A stretch of DNA of 63,509 nt, the filler included. It is 9 parts of 9 records of this genome, joined end to end, with 100 filler letters (N's around TTAATTAATTAA, not from the genome) between each part and the next. Parts side by side here need not be neighbours in the genome. Positions count along the whole stretch, not along the records: positions 51,126 to 58,177 come from DRR723986_26206; positions 58,278 to 63,509 come from DRR723986_26383; 7 more parts are not named here. One strand, given 5' to 3'. Under the pieces are notes generated by a model, which ran no database searches, was not told where the DNA came from, and saw nothing but the letters and a program-made list of their open reading frames with translations. Of this stretch, positions 51,328 through 60,780 are shown piece after piece. The position numbers and the translations under genes were made by a program. Each line of letters begins with the position of its first letter. The stretch's first letter is position 1.

Positions 51328-53118
51328 TTACATTCGTTCGGGTACTGCGATTCCAAGTAATTGCATTCCTTTCCTGAGGGTCTTTGCGGTATGAGCCGAA
51401 AGCGCCACTCGGAAAGCAAGAATGGTTGGATCATTTTCAAGAAATATAGGAAGATCCGCATAGAATCTATTGTATTCCTTCGCCAAATCGAAAAGGTATT
51501 GTGCTAAAATGGCAGGGGAATAATCCAATCCAGCCTGGGATATTTTCTTTTCAAAATCATTCAATAGGTAAATCAAGCTTGATTCTGACTCTTCTACTTT
51601 ATTAACTTTAGAGAAGTCCGCTTGTTTGTATTCGACACCAATTTGTTCAGCTTTTCTTAGTATTGAAGCAATTCGAGCATGCGAATATTGGATAAATGGT
51701 CCAGTGTTGCCCTGAAATTCTATGGATTCCTGAGGATTGAAGAGCATTCGTTTTTTAGGATCCACTTTTAGCAAGAAGTATTTCAAAGCACCCATTCCTA
51801 GTGTTTCATAGAGTTCAGCTGCCTGTTCCTCATTGAAGCCGTCAATTTTACCAAGTTCTTTGGTATGCTGTGCGGCAGTGTCCACCATCTCTTGCATCAA
51901 GTCATCAGCATCTACTACGGTTCCCTCTCGGGACTTCATTTTACCTGTTGGCAAATCTACCATGCCATATGATAAATGGTAAAGTCCTTCTCCATATGGA
52001 CGGCCTAGTTTACGCATAATCTTAAACAAAACATCAAAGTGGTAATCTTGCTCATTACCAACTACATATACTGACTTGCTTATTCCAAAATCATCGTACT
52101 TCAAATCAGCTGTACCCATATCTTGGGTGATGTAAACAGAGGTTCCATCACCGCGAAGAACCAGTTTTTCGTCCAGTCCCTCATCAGTTAAATCCACCCA
52201 AACCGAGCCGTTTTCTTTTTTGAAGAATACTCCTTTTTCTAATCCTTCGCTAACTATGTCTTTTCCTAGAAGGTATGTATCAGACTCATAGTAATATTTG
52301 TCAAAGCTAACTCCCATGCGCTGGTAAGTCTTTTCAAAACCAGCGTAAACCCAGGTATTCATTTGCTTCCAAAGCGAGACAACTTCCTCGTCATTTGCCT
52401 CCCATTTGCGAAGCATTTCCTGCGCTTCAAGGAATAGAGGAGCATTCTTTTTAGCCTCATCTTCAGATTGACCTTTCTCCTTCAATTCAGCAATTTGCTC
52501 TTTGTATTTCTGGTCAAAAATCACATAATATTTTCCAGCCAAGTGGTCACCTTTCAATCCGGAGGATTCTGGAGTTTCGTCATTCCCGAAATGCTGGTAT
52601 GCTACCATAGACTTACAAATGTGAATTCCTCGGTCATTTACCAAATTGGCTTTTATGACTTCGTACCCATTTGCCTCCAGGATGTTTGCGACCGAAAATC
52701 CCAAAAAGTTATTTCTGAGGTGACCAAGGTGAAGAGGTTTATTGGTATTAGGAGAAGAATATTCCACCATCACCTTTTGACCGTTCGCAGGAAGTTGGCC
52801 TATGTTTTCGTTGGCAAATAGCTTTTGGAAAACATCCACCCAGATCATGTTGTTCAGTTCTAGATTCAGGAAGCCTTTCACTACATTGAAACCAGCAACT
52901 TCAGCCACGTTTTCTTTCAAGTATTCACCGATTAGATTTGCTGTGACCTCAGGAGTTGCTTTGGACACTTTCAGGTAGGGAAAAACCACGAAGGTGTAAG
53001 TTCCTTCAAATTCCTTCCGCGTAGGAGCGAGGCTGATCTGATCTATTGGTAGATCGTGATTGAAGATATTCTGAAAGGCAAGCTGTATGCCGTTATGTAT
53101 TGATTCTTGTATGTTCAT
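51328..53118 (-). CDS. argS: Arginine--tRNA ligase
   Basis: Motifs VEYSSPNTNKPLHLGHLRN, KMKSREG, GNTGPFIQY and the terminal PERM. Confidence 0.96.
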   Translation of the reverse strand: MNIQESIHNGIQLAFQNIFNHDLPIDQISLAPTRKEFEGTYTFVVFPYLKVSKATPEVTANLIGEYLKENVAEVAGFNVVKGFLNLELNNMIWVDVFQKLFANENIGQLPANGQKVMVEYSSPNTNKPLHLGHLRNNFLGFSVANILEANGYEVIKANLVNDRGIHICKSMVAYQHFGNDETPESSGLKGDHLAGKYYVIFDQKYKEQIAELKEKGQSEDEAKKNAPLFLEAQEMLRKWEANDEEVVSLWKQMNTWVYAGFEKTYQRMGVSFDKYYYESDTYLLGKDIVSEGLEKGVFFKKENGSVWVDLTDEGLDEKLVLRGDGTSVYITQDMGTADLKYDDFGISKSVYVVGNEQDYHFDVLFKIMRKLGRPYGEGLYHLSYGMVDLPTGKMKSREGTVVDADDLMQEMVDTAAQHTKELGKIDGFNEEQAAELYETLGMGALKYFLLKVDPKKRMLFNPQESIEFQGNTGPFIQYSHARIASILRKAEQIGVEYKQADFSKVNKVEESESSLIYLLNDFEKKISQAGLDYSPAILAQYLFDLAKEYNRFYADLPIFLENDPTILAFRVALSAHTAKTLRKGMQLLGIAVPERM

Positions 53119-53124
53119 ATTTTT

Positions 53125-53642
53125 TTAACCGCAGAGCACGCAAAGATTTCGCAGAGGGCGCAATTGATTCATTTTATGTTTTTATTTATATTCTGGGTTT
53201 CGTATTTGCAACTCTTTGAATTCCATATTTTAGTTGGGAAACATTAAAGTTAATAAGCAGACCCAATTTGTATTTTCCGATTTTTACGTAGTTAAGCGTT
53301 TGGGCAAAATGAACGTCGTTGAGTATATCAACTGATTTCAATTCCAAAACTAATTTCCTTTCCACCAAAATATCAATTATGTAGCCAACGTCTAAGTTAA
53401 TTCCATCAATTACTAATGGCATTTTTTTCTCTACTTCTACAAAAATACCAGCTTTCTGGAGTTAAAAGGTAAAACTTGCTTATATGCATTTTCTAAAAGT
53501 CCAGGCCCTAATTGACGATGGACATCTATTGCTATGCCAATAACCCGTGTGGCAATTTCATTTTCAAGTATGAGATCTTCGTCAATCATAAGTGTTTTTA
53601 CTCAGTGTACTCTGCGCAAAACTCCGTGCACTTTGCGGTTAA
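53125..53642. mobile_element. Candidate inverted-repeat-bounded GxxExxY cassette
   Basis: Left arm 53125-53163 TTAACCGCAGAGCACGCAAAGATTTCGCAGAGGGCGCAA. Right arm 53601-53642 reverse-complements to TTAACCGCAAAGTGCACGGAGTTTTGCGCAGAGTACACTGAG. The arms enclose only the GxxExxY gene. Mobility is inferred. Confidence 0.55.
53186..53589 (-). pseudogene. GxxExxY protein (PD-(D/E)XK nuclease-like), frameshifted
   Basis: From ATG 53589 the frame reads MIDEDLILENEIATRVIGIAIDVHRQLGPGLLENAYKQVL. A one-base loss near 53462 shifts it to ...LQKAGIFVEVEKKMPLV...YIIDILVERKLVLELKS...HFAQTLNY...GLLINF. Total length is 404 nt (3n-1). Confidence 0.85.
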
Positions 53643-53647
53643 TAAAC

Positions 53648-54598
53648 CTAGAAATTATCTACCAAAGACTTTACTGTTGCTTCTAGAACTTCGAATGCGT
53701 TTTCGGCCATCAGATTCTCCGAGTCAAGGGTAGGATTCACTTCTACGATTTCCCAGCAGCATACTCGCTTATCCTGAATCAGTTTGACATTAAGTTCTAT
53801 CGCTTCCTGTACAGTCAAGCCATCTGGCACTGGAGTACCAGTACCCACAGAGATGGAGCTATCCAAACTATCCACATCAAAGGAAATATAGATTTGATCG
53901 CAATCTTTCAGCGCTTCCAACGCTTCAGCAGAGATTTGATCAATCCCCTTTGAACGGACTTCCTGAGTACTGAAGTTTTTGATGCCGTAATTTTTGATCA
54001 GATGATCTTCCGGTGCTTCGGTATCGCGTACTGTGATGAATACGATATCCTTGGGATCAATTTTTGGAGATTCACCGCCGATAGCCTTGATTCGTTTCCA
54101 TAGAGCCAAAGTCTCTTCTGAGGGTTCATTCACCTGACAATCCAAATTATCCAATTGAGAAACCATCGCCAAGGGCATTCCATGCATATTTCCGGAAGGA
54201 GTGGTGAATGGTGTGTGTAAATCAGCATGTGCATCAATCCAAATCACTCCTAAACGCTTATCAGGATCGGCAGCTTTGATGCCCATGATAGTGCCTGCCG
54301 CAGTGCTGTGGTCTCCCGCCAAAACGATAGGAAATTTTTTCTCCATACGTAAAGATTCGATCGTGGAATAGACATTTTTCAAAACCTGATAAACGCCATC
54401 GATGTATTTAGCATGTGGGAAATTGTTGCCTTTCCATAGGTAGTTATTCGCGTCAGGAACGTTGATAGGGTCAAACTGTGTGAAGAAGTCAGACTTCTTA
54501 TCTAAGCTGGCAATTTTCAAAGCATCTATACCCATGCTTGCTCCACGGGTTCCGGCGGCAATCTCTGACCGTACTTCTACTAATTTAATATCACGCAT
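53648..54598 (-). CDS. rocF: Arginase
   Basis: Motifs LAGDHS, WIDAHAD, SGNMHGMP, SFDVDSLD, GTGTPV and EIVEVNP. Confidence 0.93.
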   Translation of the reverse strand: MRDIKLVEVRSEIAAGTRGASMGIDALKIASLDKKSDFFTQFDPINVPDANNYLWKGNNFPHAKYIDGVYQVLKNVYSTIESLRMEKKFPIVLAGDHSTAAGTIMGIKAADPDKRLGVIWIDAHADLHTPFTTPSGNMHGMPLAMVSQLDNLDCQVNEPSEETLALWKRIKAIGGESPKIDPKDIVFITVRDTEAPEDHLIKNYGIKNFSTQEVRSKGIDQISAEALEALKDCDQIYISFDVDSLDSSISVGTGTPVPDGLTVQEAIELNVKLIQDKRVCCWEIVEVNPTLDSENLMAENAFEVLEATVKSLVDNF

Positions 54599-54667
54599 TC
54601 TAAGAGGAATTTAAAGTTATAGTGGGTTGGGTAATGGAAGGCAAAAGTAGTTAAAAATGCCTTTAAA

Positions 54668-54709
54668 TGATCAATAATCAAAGTTCAATTGACAATGGAC
54701 AAAGTTCAA
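54668..54709. repeat. 6 x degenerate 7-bp tandem repeat (NNNWCAA)
   Basis: TGATCAA TAATCAA AGTTCAA TTGACAA TGGACAA AGTTCAA. Confidence 0.65.
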
Positions 54710-54750
54710 ATTTTGAAATTATAGAAATGCCAATTTGTTAGAGTCTAGTT

Positions 54751-54877
54751 TTTCCCGCAGATTCCCGCGGAGAAGGGTAGAAGATTTCTGCAGATCTGAT
54801 AATCTAGTAAGTGTGAATTTTCCATTAGTTAAATCGGCGTAAATCTGCGGTATTTAGTTGCGCACATCGGCGGGAAA
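54751..54877. repeat. Gene-less REPIN/MITE-like inverted repeat
   Basis: TTTCCCGCAGAT... at the left end and ...ATCGGCGGGAAA at the right end. Each arm carries several CGC(A/C)GAT units around a spacer of about 35 bp. Confidence 0.65.
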
Positions 54878-54924
54878 TCAAGACGAATTATAAGATTTTA
54901 CTTCAAAATCAATAGTTTTGAACT

Positions 54925-56073
54925 ATGCCTATTTTATCTAAACTTCCCAACGTAGGGACCACAATTTTTACAGTAATGTCCAAGCTTGCAAGTGATTGTG
55001 GAGCTATTAATCTTTCGCAGGGGTTCCCTGGTTTTGATTGTGATCCCGAATTACTCGACTTGGTAAATAAATACATGAAGGCGGGTTTTAACCAGTATGC
55101 GCCGATGAGTGGGATACCTGTTTTGCGTGAGCGGATTGCTGATAAAACTAAGCTGGTCTATGACGTTGACTTGAATTCAGAAAATGAAGTGACCGTTGTT
55201 TCTGGAGCTACTGAAGCACTTTATGCGGCGGTGACGGCTGTTGTGAGGCGGGGAGATGAAGTTATATTATTTGATCCAGCCTATGATTCTTATGCTCCAG
55301 CTATAGCATTGAACGGAGGAATTCCAGTTTATGTCCCGCTTGAAATGCCTGATTTTTCTGTGGATTGGGAAAAGGTGAAATCAGCAATCTCAGATACAAC
55401 ACGCCTGATCATGGTGAATACCCCGCATAATCCAAGTGGCTACGTTTGGACACAAGAGGATTTGGATACCCTTGCAGATTTGATTCAGGACACAGATATT
55501 TTAGTTGTTAGTGATGAAGTGTATGAGCATATCACCTTTGATGGAAGAAAGCATTTGTCACTAGTAACCCATCCTACTTTGATAGACCGAACTTTCGTAT
55601 GTGGCTCTTTCGGGAAGACTTTTCATGTGACGGGCTGGAAGATTGGTTATTGTTTGGCCCCACCGCAACTCACAGCAGAATTCCGAAAGGTTCATCAGTT
55701 TTTGACTTTCAGCACTGCTACTCCATTACAATATGCTTTGGCAGATTACTTGGCTGAGCCATCTCGTTATTTGACTCTTCCTGATTTTTACCAGCAGAAA
55801 CGGGATTTGTTCTGTGAAGGACTTAAGGAAAGCCCTTTTAAGTTTACCCCAGCCCAAGGAAGCTTCTTCCAAATGGTGTCCTATGGACATCTTTCCAAAG
55901 AATCAGATTATGATTTGGCTGTTCGCCTTACCAAGGAAATAGGAGTGGCGAGCATCCCTATCTCCGTGTTTTTCTCTAATAAGAAAGATCACAAAATTCT
56001 TAGATTTTGCTTCGCAAAGAAGGATTCAGAGCTTTATGTGGCTTTGGATAAACTTAAAGAAATTAAATTATAG
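54925..56073 (+). CDS. Class I PLP aminotransferase, YbdL (methionine aminotransferase)-like
   Basis: Motifs SKLPNVGTTIFTVMS, INLSQGFP, NTPHNPSG, SDEVYEH, SFGKTFHVTGWKIGY and RFCFAK. Confidence 0.9.
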   Translation: MPILSKLPNVGTTIFTVMSKLASDCGAINLSQGFPGFDCDPELLDLVNKYMKAGFNQYAPMSGIPVLRERIADKTKLVYDVDLNSENEVTVVSGATEALYAAVTAVVRRGDEVILFDPAYDSYAPAIALNGGIPVYVPLEMPDFSVDWEKVKSAISDTTRLIMVNTPHNPSGYVWTQEDLDTLADLIQDTDILVVSDEVYEHITFDGRKHLSLVTHPTLIDRTFVCGSFGKTFHVTGWKIGYCLAPPQLTAEFRKVHQFLTFSTATPLQYALADYLAEPSRYLTLPDFYQQKRDLFCEGLKESPFKFTPAQGSFFQMVSYGHLSKESDYDLAVRLTKEIGVASIPISVFFSNKKDHKILRFCFAKKDSELYVALDKLKEIKL

Positions 56074-56205
56074 TCTAATAATCAGTCTGTTATGTGAAAA
56101 TAAATTTCATTTATTTAATAACCCTATAAATATTATAGGGAATATAGGATAATATAAAAATCACTTCTATATTTGGCTTATAGTTTAATTCTAAAACTCA
56201 AAACA

Positions 56206-56640
56206 ATGAGCGCATTACCACAAATAAAACCTTCATCAATAGAACAGGTGAATGTATTGGCCAATGGATTTTCTAAAGTATCAGCTAATCAGAAGGAAAT
56301 CGTGAAGATTTTCAATCAAAAAGCTGGAATGGTAATGCAAGGGATGTGCAGCTTTGAGCAGGATTTTGAGTATTTATACCCGTTATTTAGGGGCTTAAGT
56401 GAGGCGGGAAAGCCAGCAAGTTTGAATTTACGGTTCTCTTCTTCTGAAAAATCGGTTTATTTTCACTATCCAATATCCAGTCAGACTGAGGTGTCTCTTT
56501 TCTTTTCACAGTTGATTTTGCATTTGCAAAATGAAGTGAAATTCAAAAAAGTACTGAAAGAGGTGATTGTGAACAGAAATCAATTTAAATCCGAACAATT
56601 TTTGCTACAAAATGCGATGATGGATTCAGCAGTAAATTAA
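56206..56640 (+). CDS. Hypothetical protein
   Basis: 144-aa ORF between a TAnnTTTG promoter motif (56168-56175) and a terminator-like hairpin. Confidence 0.65.
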   Translation: MSALPQIKPSSIEQVNVLANGFSKVSANQKEIVKIFNQKAGMVMQGMCSFEQDFEYLYPLFRGLSEAGKPASLNLRFSSSEKSVYFHYPISSQTEVSLFFSQLILHLQNEVKFKKVLKEVIVNRNQFKSEQFLLQNAMMDSAVN

Positions 56641-56666
56641 GAAATCATTACAATTCATTAATAATA

Positions 56667-56696
56667 GGGACAGTCTTCAGGGATTTGTCCCTTTTT
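56667..56696 (+). terminator. Intrinsic terminator
   Basis: AGGGACA...TGTCCCT followed by a T-run. Confidence 0.6.
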
Positions 56697-56758
56697 CATT
56701 TGAATTCATCCGATAAAAAGCAATTTTTGTAGGGCTTTAACACCAATTATTTTTGCAA

Positions 56759-58144
56759 ATGAATACATACAAGGATCTGATTGAGCAGACATTTGATTTT
56801 CCAACCAAGGAATTTAAAGTTGAAAACAATGAACTGCATTTCAATGGAGTGAATATGATGGAGATCATAGAAACCTATGGTACTCCGCTCAAACTTTCTT
56901 ATTTGCCCAAAATCTCTGAAAGTATTCAGAACGCAAAGACGTATTTTAAGAATGCAATGGAGCAGCACGATTATAAGGGTAATTATACTTATTGCTATTG
57001 CACCAAGTCTTCTCACTTCAGCTTTGTGCTGAATGAAGCGCTAAAAAATGACATTCATATCGAGACTTCCTCGACTTTTGATATCCCTTTGGTAAGAAGT
57101 CTTTATGCTCAGGGTAAAATCACTAAGAATACGTTTATCGTTTGCAACGGTTTCAAGCGTGAGCTTTATAAGCAATACATCACGGAGTTGCTCAATGACG
57201 GTTTCGTGAACTGCGTGCCTGTTTTGGATAATTTGACAGAGATCGATTATTACTTGGAGCATGTGAAAGTGCCTTTCCAGGTGGGGATCAGAATCGCAGC
57301 AGATGAGGAGCCAAAGTTTGGTTTTTATACTTCTAGATTAGGTGTGAGATACAATGATATCATCAAGCTTTACGAAGATAAAATCAAGGATAATCCGAAT
57401 GTAAGCCTGAAAATGCTGCATTTCTTTATCAATTCTGGAATTAGGGATACCGCCTATTACTGGTCTGAACTGACGCGTTTTATCCAGAAATATGTGGATT
57501 TGAAAAAGATCTCACCAACATTGGATTCCATGGATATTGGAGGCGGTTGGCCGATCAAGACGAATGTCTTTTTCGATTATGACTACCAATACATGGCGGA
57601 GCAAATCGTGAAGAATATCAAGTGGATGTGTGGAAAAAACAACACAGACGAACCTAATATTTTCACGGAATTTGGAAGCTATACAGTAGGAGAGAGTGGG
57701 GCTGTGCTCTATTCAGTTTTGGAAGAAAAGCTGCAAAATGACAAGGAGCTTTGGTATATGATAGATGGCTCATTTATTACGCAATTGCCTGATAGCTGGG
57801 GTCTTAACCAGAAATACATCATGTTAGCCGTAAATAACTGGGATGCTGAGTATCATAACATCAATCTCGGTGGCTTGACTTGTGATAGCATGGATTATTA
57901 TAATTCAGAAGCTCACCAATTCAATATTTACCTCCCAAAACCTGAGAAGAAAGTTCAGTATTTAGGCTTCTTCCATACAGGTGCTTATCAAGAATCTCTC
58001 GGTGGATATGGTGGAATCCAGCATTGTTTGATTCCAGCACCAAAACATGTGTTGATTGATAGAGATGAGGACGGAAATGTTACCCATCGACTTTTCGCAG
58101 AAGACCAAACTGAGGAGAGTATGTTAAAAACTCTGGGATACTAA
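56759..58144 (+). CDS. speA: Arginine decarboxylase (short Bacteroidota type)
   Basis: PLP lysine in YCYCTKSSH, plus CNGFK, LHFF, DIGGG, TEFG, GGLTCDS and FFHTGAYQE. Confidence 0.85.
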   Translation: MNTYKDLIEQTFDFPTKEFKVENNELHFNGVNMMEIIETYGTPLKLSYLPKISESIQNAKTYFKNAMEQHDYKGNYTYCYCTKSSHFSFVLNEALKNDIHIETSSTFDIPLVRSLYAQGKITKNTFIVCNGFKRELYKQYITELLNDGFVNCVPVLDNLTEIDYYLEHVKVPFQVGIRIAADEEPKFGFYTSRLGVRYNDIIKLYEDKIKDNPNVSLKMLHFFINSGIRDTAYYWSELTRFIQKYVDLKKISPTLDSMDIGGGWPIKTNVFFDYDYQYMAEQIVKNIKWMCGKNNTDEPNIFTEFGSYTVGESGAVLYSVLEEKLQNDKELWYMIDGSFITQLPDSWGLNQKYIMLAVNNWDAEYHNINLGGLTCDSMDYYNSEAHQFNIYLPKPEKKVQYLGFFHTGAYQESLGGYGGIQHCLIPAPKHVLIDRDEDGNVTHRLFAEDQTEESMLKTLGY

Positions 58145-58177
58145 AACTAAGATTTAATGGTCAAAAATAGTTGGTAA

Positions 58178-58277
58178 NNNNNNNNNNNNNNNNNNNNNNN
58201 NNNNNNNNNNNNNNNNNNNNNTTAATTAATTAANNNNNNNNNNNNNNNNNNNNNNNNNNNNNNNNNNNNNNNNNNNN
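58178..58277. other. Artificial contig-joining spacer
   Basis: N44-TTAATTAATTAA-N44. Confidence 0.98.
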
Positions 58278-59461
58278 ACGAAGTTGCGGCCCTGGATAAT
58301 CCCTCGGAAGAGGAGGTGGCTCGCATGAAGGCGGAGTGGACTGAGCGCCACAACCAGGTACTGGACGCCGGTGGCCTGCACATCATCGGTACCGAGCGCC
58401 ACGAGTCCCGCCGGATTGATAACCAGCTCCGGGGTCGTGCCGGTCGTCAAGGGGATCCGGGCTCTTCCCGATTCTTCCTCTCGCTGGAGGACAACCTGAT
58501 GCGGATCTTTGCGCCGGAGCGCGTGAAGAATCTGATGCAGGCCATGGGCATGAAGAAAGGTGAAGCCATCGAGCACCGGATGGTCACCAATGCCATTGAA
58601 AAGTCGCAGCGCAAGGTCGAAGGCCGCAACTTCGATATGCGTAAAACGCTGCTTGAATACGACGATGTGGCCAACGATCAGCGTACGGTCATTTACGAGC
58701 AGCGCAACGAGGTGATGGCGTCCAACGACGTTTCCGAGATGATCGATACCATCCGCGAAGACGTGGTGGATTCGGTGGTCAGTGAGTTTATTCCGCCGCA
58801 AAGCATGCCCGAACAGTGGGATGTGCAGGGGCTGGAGGCTCAGTTGCAGTCCGAGATGGCGATTGAACTGCCCATCCAGCAGTGGCTGAAGGACGACAAT
58901 AAACTGTATGAAGACAATCTTCGCCAGAAGATTCTCGACGCCATTGTGGCTGAGTACAAGGCCAAGGAAGAAGTGGCCGGTTCCGAGGCCCTGCGCAAGT
59001 TTGAGAAGCAGGTGTTCCTGCAGGTGCTGGATACCCTGTGGAAGGAGCATTTGTCCAACATGGATCACCTGCGCCGGGGTATCCATCTGCGTGGCTACGC
59101 TCAGAAGAACCCGAAGCAGGAATACAAGCGCGAGGCGTTTAACCTGTTCGAAACCATGCTCGATACCATGAAGCGTGACGTTACCCGGGTTTTGTGCCAT
59201 GTGCGGGTTCAGAGCCAGGAGGAAATGGCGGAAATCGAACGTCGACGCAAGGAAGAGCTGGAGCGGGAAATGGCGCGCGCCAAACTCCGCCACGAGCAGG
59301 CCAGTGCCGCCCAGGCAGAAGGTGAGGGTGACGATGGCCAGCAGGCCCAGCAGGCAACCCCGGAGACCTTTGTCCGCCAGGAGCGCAAGGTCGGTCGTAA
59401 CGAGCCTTGCCCCTGCGGGTCTGGCAAAAAGTACAAGCAATGCTGCGGAAAGGTGAGCTGA
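58278..59461 (+). CDS. secA: Preprotein translocase SecA (5' truncated)
   Basis: [31 protein letters not shown] and the SEC-C motif [19 protein letters not shown]. Confidence 0.97.
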
Positions 59462-59484
59462 TCAGCCACTGAGTAGCCGGAAAC

Positions 59485-59527
59485 CAGAACCCGCAATTCG
59501 CCAGTGCGCTGGCGCTTGCGGGTTCTG
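59485..59527 (+). terminator. Long stem-loop between secA and argJ
   Basis: CAGAACCCGCAA..CGCCAG-tgcg-CTGGCG.TTGCGGGTTCTG. Confidence 0.6.
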
Positions 59528-59562
59528 TCGTTTGAAGATCAGGAAAATTCAAGGAGACAGGC

Positions 59563-60780
59563 ATGGCGGTAGGTCCAGGAACCTTACCCGATTTCTTCCC
59601 GTTGGCGGGAATCAAGCTGGGCATAGCCAGTGCGGGGATCAAAAAGCCCGGCAGAAAAGACATCGTGGTGTTTGAACTGGCGCCGGAAACCCGGGTAGCG
59701 GGTATTTTTACCCGCAACCAGTTCTGTGCGGCTCCAGTGGTCCTCAGTCGCCGCCACCTGTCCCAGGATGCTCCGCGCTATCTGTTGATCAATACCGGCA
59801 ATGCCAACGCCGGTACCGGCGAACGGGGCCTGACGGACGCCGCGGCCTGCTGCGAGGCGCTGGCGAAAGAGGCGGGCATTTCTGCCAGCCAGGTATTGCC
59901 GTTCTCTACCGGGGTGATTGGCGAGCCATTGCCGGTCGCCAAGATCGTCAGTGCGCTGCCGGAGGCTCTGGCCGACACCCGGGAAGACCGCTGGGCAGAG
60001 GCAGCATCCGGCATCATGACCACCGATACCCGCCCTAAAGGCGCGTCGCGGCAGCTGGATCTGGATGGCCATCGGGTGACCATTTCCGGAATCAGCAAGG
60101 GCGCGGGCATGATTCGCCCCAACATGGCCACCATGCTCGGCTTCATCGCTACCGATGCCCGTCTTGCGCCGGAGGTACTGCAAACGCTGGCTTCTGAGCT
60201 CGGCGAGAAGTCGTTCAACCGCATTACCATTGACGGCGACACCTCCACCAACGATGCCTGCATGCTGATGGCCAGTGGCCAGTATGGCGGGCCTGAGATT
60301 ACCGCCGACAGCCCGCTGCTGCCGGAACTGCGGGCGGCCTTGCAGGACGTGTACCTGGAGCTGGCCCACGCCATTGTCCGGGATGGCGAGGGGGCTACCA
60401 AATTCGTCACCATTGATGTCAGCGGCGCAGCCAGCCAGCAAGAAGCGCTTGATGTAGCCTATACCGTGGCGCACTCCCCGCTGGTGAAAACCGCCCTGTT
60501 TGCGTCAGACCCGAACTGGGGGCGTATCCTGGCGGCCGTTGGTCGTGCCGGTGTGGAGAATCTGGACCTCAATGCCCTTGAAATCTACCTGGGCGATGTC
60601 TGCCTGGTGCGCAACGGTGGCCGTGCCGACGACTACTCCGAGGCTCGGGGTCAGGCGGTGATGGATCAGGAAGAGATCACTATTGCGATTGATCTGAAAC
60701 GGGGCAATGTCCGGGAAACGGTCTGGACCTGTGATTTTTCCCATGATTACGTGACCATCAATGCCGAATACCGTACCTGA
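59563..60780 (+). CDS. argJ: Bifunctional ornithine acetyltransferase / N-acetylglutamate synthase
   Basis: Motifs IMTTDT, KGAGMIRPNMATML, DGDTSTND, DGEGATK and DPNWGRI. Confidence 0.96.
   Translation: MAVGPGTLPDFFPLAGIKLGIASAGIKKPGRKDIVVFELAPETRVAGIFTRNQFCAAPVVLSRRHLSQDAPRYLLINTGNANAGTGERGLTDAAACCEALAKEAGISASQVLPFSTGVIGEPLPVAKIVSALPEALADTREDRWAEAASGIMTTDTRPKGASRQLDLDGHRVTISGISKGAGMIRPNMATMLGFIATDARLAPEVLQTLASELGEKSFNRITIDGDTSTNDACMLMASGQYGGPEITADSPLLPELRAALQDVYLELAHAIVRDGEGATKFVTIDVSGAASQQEALDVAYTVAHSPLVKTALFASDPNWGRILAAVGRAGVENLDLNALEIYLGDVCLVRNGGRADDYSEARGQAVMDQEEITIAIDLKRGNVRETVWTCDFSHDYVTINAEYRT

Noticed and set aside
13089-58277. Eight copies of TTAATTAATTAA flanked by N runs, considered as a biological repeat
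   Set aside because: They are identical 100-bp blocks with six-frame stops, genes are cut at each one, and composition changes abruptly. They are assembly linkers, so no cross-contig gene associations were inferred.
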